Positions 18,059 to 26,310 of a stretch of DNA of 64,000 nucleotides are shown piece by piece. The translations under genes and the position numbers were made by a program. How positions within the stretch are numbered: position 1 is the stretch's first letter; every line of letters starts with the position of its first letter. The DNA comes from a virus. Lineage: Duplodnaviria > Caudoviricetes. Under the pieces are notes generated by a model. The model made no database searches. It was not told the DNA's origin and saw nothing but the letters and a program-made list of their open reading frames with translations. Location of the stretch: IMG/VR virus record IMGVR_UViG_3300031965_000013, positions 7,654-71,653 of that record, one strand, 5' to 3'.

Positions 18059-18319
18059 ATGGCTATCCGGCTCCGCACTGTTGACGGCATCCGCGTGGCG
18101 CTGTGCGCGGCGGAAACCGATGAGATGCCCGGCGACGTGTATCTCGATGACGGCGACCACTACGCGCTGGCGGCCAAGTTCTGCCATGACTGGCAGGGGC
18201 AAACGGTGGACTGGTCCTACCCCGAGGAATGGGCCGCCATGGCCTCACAGAAGCTCAGGGACGCGCGAGAGGAACTGCAACGATGGATCGCTGCCGGAAT
18301 GCCGGACCCCTCGCCATGA
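18059..18319 (+). CDS. Hypothetical protein
   Basis: First ORF after attP. Confidence 0.6.
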   Translation: MAIRLRTVDGIRVALCAAETDEMPGDVYLDDGDHYALAAKFCHDWQGQTVDWSYPEEWAAMASQKLRDAREELQRWIAAGMPDPSP

Positions 18320-18349
18320 CCCCGCCGCTGTATCCCGGAGAGATCGCTG

Positions 18350-18871
18350 ATGGCTGAATTGGACCGGCTGCTCAACAAGGTCTACGAAGCCATGGAAGGC
18401 TCTGAAACCTCGCTGGACTATTCCGAGCGCCACAACATCGCATCGGCGGCCGTCCTGACCATCATCGATGACGAGACGGCAGGGCTCATAGCTGAGCACT
18501 TGGCACCACGTATCGAAGGCAAGACAGTGGTGGAGATCGGCGGCGGCATCGGCTTGCTGGCACTCCACATGGGGCACATCGCCAAGCGGGTCTATTGCAT
18601 CGAGGCCAACCCGATGTGGTCGTGGTGCTTCGCCGGGACGTTGCTGGCGTCCAAGCCCAAGAACGTGTCGTTCCTGTTCGGGGCGGCCGACGAGTTTGTC
18701 GGCACGATAAAAGGCGACGTGGCGGTATTTTGCACCCATTCCGGCGTCGACACAATGCGTCTGGTAGCGGCTCAATTCGCTCCAGTCGTGGTGGACTTCT
18801 ACGGCGAACTCATCGCCAGCAACCCGGATTGCTTCGATGCGCTGGCGCGGGAACTGAGGAAGTCCGCATGA
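18350..18871 (+). CDS. Class I SAM-dependent methyltransferase-like protein
   Basis: VVEIGGGIGLL motif I, VYCIEANP motif II. Confidence 0.7.
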   Translation: MAELDRLLNKVYEAMEGSETSLDYSERHNIASAAVLTIIDDETAGLIAEHLAPRIEGKTVVEIGGGIGLLALHMGHIAKRVYCIEANPMWSWCFAGTLLASKPKNVSFLFGAADEFVGTIKGDVAVFCTHSGVDTMRLVAAQFAPVVVDFYGELIASNPDCFDALARELRKSA

Positions 18872-18910
18872 CCTATCCCGTACACGGGCGGATTGAGAGA
18901 GGAGGGTGAG

Positions 18911-19081
18911 ATGGAACGTGCTTGTCCGACTTGCAGCGGGGACGGCTGGATGCCAGCCTATCGGCACACATCACTCTGTCCACCCCGGCGCGTACCCTGC
19001 CCAGATTGTCACGGGACGGGCATAGACCAGCCATCTACCGAAGCCCGCCCCATCGCCTCCACAGGAGATGAGAATGACTGA
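18911..19081 (+). CDS. Small DnaJ-type zinc-finger protein
   Basis: CPTCSGDG and CPDCHGTG. Confidence 0.55.
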   Translation: MERACPTCSGDGWMPAYRHTSLCPPRRVPCPDCHGTGIDQPSTEARPIASTGDEND

Positions 19082-19457
19082 GCCGAGGCGGATACAGCTT
19101 CGTCGGACGCGCGGCTGGCGGATGCCTCCGAACACTGTGAAGGCTGATCGCTCAACAAGGCTCGGCAATCCGTGGCGTGTCGGCGAGCCCTTTGTACCGA
19201 ATGCTGCCGAGGCAGTACACATGTTCCAAGTGCGATTGCCTGGCGGTTTTCTCTACCAAGCTCGACCGCCGTATCCTGAAAGCCACATGGGTCAGATCGT
19301 GGCTAGACTGCCGGAACTTCGCGGCAAGAATTTGGCCTGCTGGTGTCGGCTATGCGAGCGCCACGCTGACGGCAAGCCGTTCGGCGAACACTGCCCGGAC
19401 TGTGAGCCGTGCCACGTTGATCCGCTCGGGGAGATTGCCAACAGGAGCATTCGATGA
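19074..19457 (+). CDS. DUF4326-like protein
   Basis: RIQLRRTRGWR..RSTRLGNPW..LRGKNLACWC. Confidence 0.8.
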   Translation: MTEPRRIQLRRTRGWRMPPNTVKADRSTRLGNPWRVGEPFVPNAAEAVHMFQVRLPGGFLYQARPPYPESHMGQIVARLPELRGKNLACWCRLCERHADGKPFGEHCPDCEPCHVDPLGEIANRSIR

Positions 19458-19759
19458 CTGATTCGAAGCGGAAGCCAACAGCTTTTGAAATCGCTCATGC
19501 CTTTCTCAATGATCCACCAGAATATGTGTTTGCCCCAGGCACCCCGCTCCCGAAGCGTTGGAAGGATCGGACTGGGCCTATTCGGGTGATGTGCGAGCCG
19601 GTGGAGGGGTATGTCATGGTGCGACGCCCCGGAGCCATGCCGTTCGTCCTGCATGTGTCGGAACTACTCAATCAGGCTAGGCATCCGACACACGGGCCAT
19701 TCCGCTTGTGCGACCCAATTAACAAGAGAACCGCCAACCGGAGGACTGACCATGGCTGA
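19454..19759 (+). CDS. Hypothetical protein
   Basis: PVEGYVMVRRPGAMPFVL; coupled. Confidence 0.6.
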   Translation: MTDSKRKPTAFEIAHAFLNDPPEYVFAPGTPLPKRWKDRTGPIRVMCEPVEGYVMVRRPGAMPFVLHVSELLNQARHPTHGPFRLCDPINKRTANRRTDHG

Positions 19760-19952
19760 CGCGACGGACGAACTTCATCCGTATTATGGGCCGTGCGATG
19801 CGTTTGGACCGAACATGACGTGTTCCGAATGCACCGGCCTGCTAGAGCGCCAAGATGGCAGCGTCATTGAAGGTAGATCGGGGACGTTGGTGAAGCACGC
19901 CCCTATATCTACACGGATCCGCGCCGCTTGGCACGCTTTTTCTCGGAGTTAG
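19752..19952 (+). CDS. Hypothetical protein
   Basis: MADATDE start with GGAGG RBS. Confidence 0.5.
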   Translation: MADATDELHPYYGPCDAFGPNMTCSECTGLLERQDGSVIEGRSGTLVKHAPISTRIRAAWHAFSRS

Positions 19953-19956
19953 GACC

Positions 19957-20409
19957 ATGGCTGACACGACGGATGAGGAAGCGCTGGTGGAGACGGTGGC
20001 GAGAGCGTTCTGGGAATACGGCGGCTTTAGCAAAACGCCATGGGAAAACGTGCGCGAGACGGCCAAGCGGCCATTGCGACAACGCATCTGCGCCGCTCTT
20101 GCTGTCGCTGTTCCGGTGGTGAAGGCAGAGTATCGGGAATTGCTTGAGGATGTAGCCCTACAGTTCGCTTACCGTGCCGGCGGAAAGCAGAAGTCGCTCC
20201 GGTGCCTCACCACAGGTGGTCTCAGTACGCTTGAGGCCGTATTCGCCGCGCTCGGCTGGGATGACCCGCATTATGTCACAGAGGGCTACTGCGAGCAACC
20301 CGGCTGCATGGAATGGGCCACATGCGGCGCGAACACCAATGACGGCTACAAGCGGCTGTGCGGCGAGCATTTCCTGGCCGCCATTCGCGAGCAAGAAGGA
20401 GAGGGATGA
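19957..20409 (+). CDS. Hypothetical protein with C-terminal Cys cluster
   Basis: MADTTDE start; CEQPGC..LCGEH. Confidence 0.6.
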   Translation: MADTTDEEALVETVARAFWEYGGFSKTPWENVRETAKRPLRQRICAALAVAVPVVKAEYRELLEDVALQFAYRAGGKQKSLRCLTTGGLSTLEAVFAALGWDDPHYVTEGYCEQPGCMEWATCGANTNDGYKRLCGEHFLAAIREQEGEG

Positions 20410-20597
20410 TGCGGTGCCATGAATGCGGCGGGCTTGGCGTCGTGGGGCGCTCGGTGCCCGAAGTGATAGAGTTCGGCTCTAGCCGATATGTTCCATGCCC
20501 CATCGCACCTTGCCCGAACCCAGACTGCCACGCGGGCCAGATATCATGCTGCGAAGTGACCGACGATCCAGAGGCCAACCCACAAGAGGGAGACTGA
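20406..20597 (+). CDS. Small Cys-rich protein
   Basis: CHECGG..CPNPDCHAG..CCE. Confidence 0.55.
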   Translation: MMRCHECGGLGVVGRSVPEVIEFGSSRYVPCPIAPCPNPDCHAGQISCCEVTDDPEANPQEGD

Positions 20598-20599
20598 CC

Positions 20600-21136
20600 A
20601 TGGGCGTATTGAACGCGGCGTCAAAGCGATTGATGCCTGACCGCATTAATCTGGGGCAGCACGCCAACATGACAATGGCTCACCCGATCCTCCGGTGGGA
20701 GAATTGCGCCAAGCGGCCCGATGATGAAAACCCGGCTGGCAAGCGCACGGTGATGGGCTACCCCTTGCCGGACTGGCAGCGCCCGTTGGTGTGGACCGAA
20801 GCTCAGCAAGTCCGCTTTCTTGAGAGCGCGTGGTTGGGCCTGCCGCTGGGCACTTATACCTACAATCAGGTTGTGTTCGACAAGCACCGTGAGTTGGATG
20901 GGCTCTTGATCGATGGGCAGCAACGGATGTGGTCCGTGGAGCGATACATCACCGACTGTTACCCGGTTTTTGGCTATCGCTATTCGGAGATCACAGATAT
21001 TGACCGGCGCATTTTTGTGATGAGCATTAGTTTCCCATGCTATATCGCCAGTTCCACCGACGAGCAGTATTTGAAGGACTACTACAACCTGATGAACTTC
21101 GGCGGCACCGCACATACAGAAGAAGAGAGGGCCTGA
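20600..21136 (+). CDS. Stand-alone DUF262 (ParB/Srx-like, GmrSD N-domain) protein
   Basis: LPDWQRPLVW..FLES..LPLG..LIDGQQR. Confidence 0.8.
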   Translation: MGVLNAASKRLMPDRINLGQHANMTMAHPILRWENCAKRPDDENPAGKRTVMGYPLPDWQRPLVWTEAQQVRFLESAWLGLPLGTYTYNQVVFDKHRELDGLLIDGQQRMWSVERYITDCYPVFGYRYSEITDIDRRIFVMSISFPCYIASSTDEQYLKDYYNLMNFGGTAHTEEERA

Positions 21137-21235
21137 CGATGGGCGGCAGGCTGTTTCGCGCCGCGGCGATCTACCTTACCATAGCGCTGGCGGCTATGGT
21201 GGTGTATGCTCTGTGGAAGTGGTTTGGAGGATGAA

Positions 21236-21412
21236 ATGGGCTGGCAACTGGTAGACACTGCGCCTGAAGGTCAGGTGGTGAGCACTAAGATCGAGGATGA
21301 GCGCGGCATTCGCAATATTCAACTTCTGAAACGCGAGGGGCGCCTATGGTTCGTGCCAGACGGCAGCATGTATGTCTATTATACGCCGACGCATTGGCGT
21401 CCATCCGCCTAG
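21236..21412 (+). CDS. Hypothetical protein
   Basis: MGWQLVDTAP..PTHWRP; last gene of the rightward arm. Confidence 0.6.
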   Translation: MGWQLVDTAPEGQVVSTKIEDERGIRNIQLLKREGRLWFVPDGSMYVYYTPTHWRPSA

Positions 21413-21684
21413 CGGCTCACCGTAGCGTCGTGGAATCGGAGAAGGCGCAATCCGCATTGACTCTTCTCCAGCTCGCTCCGCTTCAGCGCGCCGATGAGCA
21501 GCATGACCTCAGCCTTCGTCATCGCCCCCGGCGGCGGGGCCGGGACCAGCTTATCGAAGCAAACCCGTATGTCCGTCGGCACGAACTGCGGCGGGATCGG
21601 ATCATTCAGGCTAGGGCCAGTACCGGCGCACGCGGTCAGTATCAGGAGGCTTGAAACAGCCGCCGTTGTCGCCTTGCATTTCAT
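21409..21684 (-). CDS. o-spanin (Rz1-like lipoprotein)
   Basis: Lipobox LILTAC, Pro-rich, overlaps the 3' end of the i-spanin. Confidence 0.75.
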   Translation of the reverse strand: MKCKATTAAVSSLLILTACAGTGPSLNDPIPPQFVPTDIRVCFDKLVPAPPPGAMTKAEVMLLIGALKRSELEKSQCGLRLLRFHDATVSR

Positions 21685-21955
21685 CGGAGAGTTCCCTGTC
21701 GGTTTTGTCATGACGCTCCAGCGCTTCCCTGCCCTGTGCGGCCTGTTCGGCATCGGCCCGCGCGATCCGCTCCCGGCGCTCCAGCGTGCGCTTGAGCATG
21801 TCTACCTGGGCTTCGAGATGGCGAACTTGCACGGCGGCTTTGCCGTCCATGCGGCCCCAGATGTAACCGCCCGCTCCGGCTGCGCTGATGGCGATGCCTA
21901 TGGCAACCCACATGCCGATGGGGCCGAGAATGAAGCCGAAAACGCGGGACCACAT
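21611..21955 (-). CDS. i-spanin (Rz-like)
   Basis: N-terminal TM followed by coiled coil and C-terminal Cys. Confidence 0.7.
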   Translation of the reverse strand: MWSRVFGFILGPIGMWVAIGIAISAAGAGGYIWGRMDGKAAVQVRHLEAQVDMLKRTLERRERIARADAEQAAQGREALERHDKTDRELSDEMQGDNGGCFKPPDTDRVRRYWP

Positions 21956-22026
21956 GGGCTCACTCCCCAATATAGCACAGTGGCGCACGGCCACGAAAAT
22001 AATTTAGCGATTCGTGTCGATTTTTG

Positions 22027-22055
22027 TTGACGCTGGTGCGAATATGCGCCATATT
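22027..22055 (+). promoter_or_regulatory. Sigma70-type promoter with palindrome over the -10
   Basis: TTGACG-17-CATATT; AATATG-CGC-CATATT inverted repeat at 22041-22055; T-rich UP-like tract upstream. Confidence 0.65.
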
Positions 22056-22081
22056 AGGGTCATCAACAAGGGAGCAAGCAA

Positions 22082-22303
22082 ATGACCGTCTCAGTCGCAG
22101 CCACCCAAATCACCGACCTCAAGGTCAACGTCCCCGGCGGTTACAAGCTGCTGAGTGGCTGGACTGTCCGCTGCGTCGCTACTGGCCGCCTGTTTACCGT
22201 TGACGGCGTTCACCCCTGGCTGCCGAAGGGTGGCAAGGGCGCGGCGCTTGAAGTCGAGGCTTCCGGCCTGCTGCCGAGCGCCAAGTTCTTGGATGCCCGC
22301 TGA
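22082..22303 (+). CDS. Antisense cassette gene 1 (hypothetical)
   Basis: AAGGGAG RBS after promoter. Confidence 0.65.
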   Translation: MTVSVAATQITDLKVNVPGGYKLLSGWTVRCVATGRLFTVDGVHPWLPKGGKGAALEVEASGLLPSAKFLDAR

Positions 22304-22458
22304 TGTGGGAGATTCAGAACGTCAACTGCGTCCGGTGGGGCAATGAGACCTACCCGACGCGCGAGGCAGCGGAGAAGGAACTGCGCGACTTCTGGCGCGG
22401 CGTCTCCGGGGTGGACCTGAAGAAGTTTCATGTGGTCAAGATTGAGGATTGCAGATGA
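22303..22458 (+). CDS. Antisense cassette gene 2 (51 aa)
   Basis: Hand-translated MWEIQNVNCVRWGNETYPTREAAEKEL..; TGATG and ATGA coupling. Confidence 0.6.
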   Translation: MWEIQNVNCVRWGNETYPTREAAEKELRDFWRGVSGVDLKKFHVVKIEDCR

Positions 22459-22898
22459 GCAGACACCTAGACGTGGTTAGCATGACCGGGGCGGAATACG
22501 ATGAGTTGGAAGCGCGCGCAGAAGCTGCCGACGAAGCCAACGCAGCGCTCGCCCGCGTCTGGGATGCGCTCGGGATAACCAGCTACGAGCAGGCCGGTGG
22601 CAAGGAAATCAGCGAGATTGTTGCCGCCATCCGGGCCGAGCGGGACGAGGCCCGCGCCATTGTGGTGCGCCTGCGGAAGCCAGACGAGGCGATAGTGCGG
22701 CTGCGAGCACGCCTCGACTCTGCTGACACCAGTGTCGATGAGTTGCAGGCACATGCGCAAACGCTTGAGGCCCAAGTCGCCACGCTCCGGATCGAAAATG
22801 AGCGGTTGGGCGAGGATTACATCAAGGCATCTGCCCGCCTGGTTGCGCAAGAGGGGAAACTGACCGTCTTGCGGACAGCCGCCCATGACCGCCGCTGA
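22455..22898 (+). CDS. Antisense cassette gene 3, coiled-coil
   Basis: Heptad-rich; RAERDEAR segment shared with 14470 gene. Confidence 0.6.
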   Translation: MSRHLDVVSMTGAEYDELEARAEAADEANAALARVWDALGITSYEQAGGKEISEIVAAIRAERDEARAIVVRLRKPDEAIVRLRARLDSADTSVDELQAHAQTLEAQVATLRIENERLGEDYIKASARLVAQEGKLTVLRTAAHDRR

Positions 22899-23082
22899 TC
22901 TCCGCGCCTTCCTCGACCACATGGGCTGGTCAGAGCACGAAGCCGCCCGCCGCCTCGGATGCTCCCGTAACGGTCTACGGGGCTGGCTGGCTGGCAAAGA
23001 GGTGCCCCACTACATCGGGCTGGCTTGTGCGGCTTTGGCCTTCGGGCTGCCTCCGTGGCGGCCTAGTGAGCCGCTTTCCTGA
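22885..23082 (+). CDS. Antisense cassette gene 4, XRE-type HTH
   Basis: LRAFLDHMGWSEHEAARRLGCSRNGLRGWLAG. Confidence 0.75.
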   Translation: MTAADLRAFLDHMGWSEHEAARRLGCSRNGLRGWLAGKEVPHYIGLACAALAFGLPPWRPSEPLS

Positions 23083-23875
23083 GCCGCCGTTCGATGAACC
23101 CCGGCAACGGCCGTCCGCCGTCATCCCATCTCGCATAGATGGCAAACCCAGCCCCGAACATGATGATGAGCCCAATCACGAGACTGAACACCGTTCCGGC
23201 GCTGATAGACTGTTCGGCCTGCTGTGCGGCGCTTGCCAGTTCCGTGGTGCTATCGATCACGACGGCCGAACCAGCCATTTCAGATGCGACGGCGCCCTGC
23301 ATGGTGCGGGACTTGATCAGGGTCTTACCGTGCTTCGTCGGCCTGCGGGGCTCGCTGGCGGGTGTTTCGGCCTCTACGGGCACCATGCCGGCCATGACGG
23401 GCTTCTGCGGCTGTACGGGCTCCTGTGGCCCTGCAGGGGCCATGAACAGTTCGCCCTCTTCCTTGCGGCGTCGCACCAGGCCCGGCAGCACACGTCCGCC
23501 GCCCTTGTTCCACAGCGCCAGGCGGGACGGTACACGATCAAATTGCCGGTCATTGACACAGCGCAGCACTGACGACTTGCGGAAATTCGTGGCGCCGACG
23601 TTGAAACAGAAGCTGACGAGCGCGGCAAACTCGTTGTCGTTCAACGGCACGCTCACAGCGTCCAGCACGGTGCGCTCGAACTTGGCGAGATCACGGCGTA
23701 GGATGGCTTCGGCTTCGGCTTTCGTGATCGTCATGCCGGGCGTCACCTGGGGCGCACCGGCTGCCGAGGTATGGCCGAACCCCACAGTAAGCACACCGAC
23801 AGGATCGTAATAGGCCTTTAGGCGCAAACTCTCGTGGCCCTTGATGATGGCGATGCCGGTATTGTTGATTGGCAT
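23063..23875 (-). CDS. Endolysin, GH24 lysozyme with C-terminal membrane segment
   Basis: HESLRLKAYYDPVGVLTVGFGHT; ALVSFCFNVG; GLVRRRKEE; C-terminal VFSLVIGLIIMFGAGFAIY. Confidence 0.92.
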   Translation of the reverse strand: MPINNTGIAIIKGHESLRLKAYYDPVGVLTVGFGHTSAAGAPQVTPGMTITKAEAEAILRRDLAKFERTVLDAVSVPLNDNEFAALVSFCFNVGATNFRKSSVLRCVNDRQFDRVPSRLALWNKGGGRVLPGLVRRRKEEGELFMAPAGPQEPVQPQKPVMAGMVPVEAETPASEPRRPTKHGKTLIKSRTMQGAVASEMAGSAVVIDSTTELASAAQQAEQSISAGTVFSLVIGLIIMFGAGFAIYARWDDGGRPLPGFIERRLRKAAH

Positions 23876-24065
23876 TGATATGCCTCGTGATCTTTGCTAT
23901 TGTTTCGGAGCTTGGCGGCGGCGTGGACCCAATAGCTTGTGGATAGGCGACGGCCGAAAGACACGCCCCGGAGATTGACGTAGGTCTCACCAATAGACGA
24001 CGGTCTGGTGGGGAAAACAGTGGAGCCGTAAACGCGGATGCCGGTTAGCCCCGGCCCGCCAAGCA

Positions 24066-24254
24066 CTATGTCTTCTCCATCTCGCTCATCAGGCGAGCCA
24101 ACTGCTCAATCTGCTTCAGCGCGATTCCACGTGAAACAGGGCTCCAGTAGAGCGAGCCGTCATCGAGTATGACGCGGAAGAGAATGCCGCCATTTCCGTC
24201 CGAGTAGTAGAACGGCACCATCCGCATCTGTGTGCCGTGAGTACGTGGCATCAT
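24066..24254 (-). CDS. Hypothetical protein
   Basis: 62-aa ORF. Confidence 0.5.
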   Translation of the reverse strand: MMPRTHGTQMRMVPFYYSDGNGGILFRVILDDGSLYWSPVSRGIALKQIEQLARLMSEMEKT

Positions 24255-24505
24255 TGAACATCCTCGGCATTGTCACACTTTGAGGGCGTTATCGTGTGAC
24301 TGATCGTGGTGTCGGGATTCGCTTCGGCGTAGGCTTTGCTGACGAAGCGGCCGGTGATGGCGCTCCGGTAAACGGTGCGTGGTTGTATTCCGAATGCCTC
24401 GATTAAGTCTTGACACGCCCCTCTCCAGCAACGCGCGCGGGCGGTCGGGCAAGTTGCTATGGCCGACTGTTCTTATTACTGCCACAGTCTTGGTAGTAAT
24501 ACAGC

Positions 24506-24548
24506 AAGCAACATAATTGTTGCTTTTCGTTGCTACCTATGCTATAAT
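24506..24548 (+). promoter_or_regulatory. Strong sigma70-type promoter with operator over the -35
   Basis: TTGCTT(24520)-17-TATAAT(24543) with extended TG; AAGCAACA-TAAT-TGTTGCTT palindrome at 24506-24525. Confidence 0.8.
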
Positions 24549-24602
24549 ACACTTGTCGCTGGGAAAGGCGACGTTGGTTCTTTGACAATGTGGAGAATGA
24601 AA

Positions 24603-25013
24603 ATGGACTTGCAGAAAGCCCGCGCCGAGGCGGCTGAGAGATATGAGGCCATCGCTGCCTTATACCTGCCGGATGGCTGGACGGTGAAATACCGTAACAG
24701 CCTCAGTGGGCGGTGCTTCGGCATACGGAAGCACATCGATGCGCCACGGCCGCGAACCCGAAAGTCGCTCTACATTTTCCTGCATGAGTGCGCCCACGCT
24801 CACTTGCATCATCACCGTGGGAAAGAGCCCAGACATGTGCAAGAGATGCAGGCTGAGAAGTGGGCGCATGAGAAGATGCGCGAGAACCGGGTAGCCGTCC
24901 CGCGCGTAATGACGACGAGGGCCAAGGCGTATATTGCCCACAAGATTAGGCAGGCGGAACGACGTGGGGCCAAGGCAATAAATGCCGAAGCACGCGCCTT
25001 CGCCAAGCTCTGA
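24603..25013 (+). CDS. ImmA/IrrE-like HExxH metallopeptidase (moron)
   Basis: IFLHECAHAHL..QEMQAEKWA matches the HExxH..ExxAxxFA pattern; GGAG RBS. Confidence 0.65.
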   Translation: MDLQKARAEAAERYEAIAALYLPDGWTVKYRNSLSGRCFGIRKHIDAPRPRTRKSLYIFLHECAHAHLHHHRGKEPRHVQEMQAEKWAHEKMRENRVAVPRVMTTRAKAYIAHKIRQAERRGAKAINAEARAFAKL

Positions 25014-25025
25014 CAAAGCCGGTGC

Positions 25026-25058
25026 AGAGGGCGGGCGTTAACCGGGCCGCCCTCTTTT
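25026..25058 (+). terminator. Intrinsic terminator
   Basis: AGAGGGCGG / CCGCCCTCT stem followed by T run. Confidence 0.7.
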
Positions 25059-25122
25059 ACTCCACCGCATTGTCCTGCCGATAGCGCCAGTACCAGTACA
25101 GCCCGCCAAGCTCACTTGCTCG

Positions 25123-26175
25123 TCATGCGCGCTTACGAAGCCACGTTAGGTAGTCGGCGCCCGTAGCGGCATCCTCGAACGCCAGCAGCGATCCCGTCGC
25201 CGGGTCGAGCACTGTTAGGATCGAGCACCCGTCCTGCTGTTCGATGATGCCGAGACGCCGGGCGTAGTCATCGAGGAACTTGTAGCCCCGCGCCCGGATC
25301 ACGGTCTGGATGCGGCCACGGTCAGCGTTCTCGTAGCGATAGACGCCCCAGTTGTGACGATGCCCGCATACGTACAGATCGGCCTCGCCGCCCATCTTGG
25401 ACGCCCGCAGTGGGCCATGAAGCGGATTCCACATGCTGTTGCCGGCGAAGTCGTGTGCAGCGAAGATACGAAAGTCTCGCCCGTTAGGAAACTTGAGCGA
25501 GAACCGCGCTTCCCAATCATGGCAGACGATCTTCTGTGTTCCGTGCAGCTTCGCCATCTGGGCAAGAATGGCCGCGCCATCGCCCCATAGGTCGTGATTG
25601 CCGAGCAAGTACACCAGCCATGGAATGCCGGAGTCGATCATGAGCCAGCGGGCCAGCTTGCGAGCCGTGGCGACAGACGTGTCCTGGTTGGCGTAGAGCT
25701 TCACCAGGCGGTCGGACCAGTTGTTTGTGCTGTCGCCTATGTTGGCACCGTATAAGCCGTCCACGGTCCTGCAAAGCTCGGCGTCGCGGATGAGCGCGGG
25801 CCAGTTACATCCGTTGTCATCGACGTGCGGATCGCCCATCCAAAGGATGCCAATCGGCTGGTTTTCCTTCACCTTGACGGTGAACCACGAATGGGCGTCG
25901 AAGCTCGCCTTGCGCTTCTGAAACCGCTTTGAGAGCAGTTCTATGATTTCTTTTGTCGGCACGTCGTCGTCTGGAAATGCCGGCAGTTCGATAGCGGACT
26001 CGGGTTCAGCCGCCGGCGCAATAGCGGCCTGCTGTGCCCGCTTTATCCGGTTCTGGAGGGTGCTGCGAGCGATGCCAAGGCTGTTAGCGGCCGTGGCGAG
26101 ATTGCATCCAGCCGCTTCGTAGACACGAAGGGCCTCGGCAAGAATGTCTGCTGAGAGCGGTGTGTTACGGCCCAT
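25123..26175 (-). CDS. Calcineurin-like metallophosphoesterase with N-terminal HTH
   Basis: GDPH, IGD, GNHD, AHD, GHRH motifs; N-terminal NLATAANSLGIARSTL. Confidence 0.85.
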   Translation of the reverse strand: MGRNTPLSADILAEALRVYEAAGCNLATAANSLGIARSTLQNRIKRAQQAAIAPAAEPESAIELPAFPDDDVPTKEIIELLSKRFQKRKASFDAHSWFTVKVKENQPIGILWMGDPHVDDNGCNWPALIRDAELCRTVDGLYGANIGDSTNNWSDRLVKLYANQDTSVATARKLARWLMIDSGIPWLVYLLGNHDLWGDGAAILAQMAKLHGTQKIVCHDWEARFSLKFPNGRDFRIFAAHDFAGNSMWNPLHGPLRASKMGGEADLYVCGHRHNWGVYRYENADRGRIQTVIRARGYKFLDDYARRLGIIEQQDGCSILTVLDPATGSLLAFEDAATGADYLTWLRKRA

Positions 26176-26310
26176 GTGTCCCGCTGGGCACGGTTGCGGG
26201 GATGCGCTTTGGCATTGATGGTCTCCTTCGTTTGTGGTACAAACGGCGAACGCGCCGGATGCTTGAACATCGCGGCGCGCTCTGACCACCGGAAGCGCGG
26301 GAGGCTCCCA

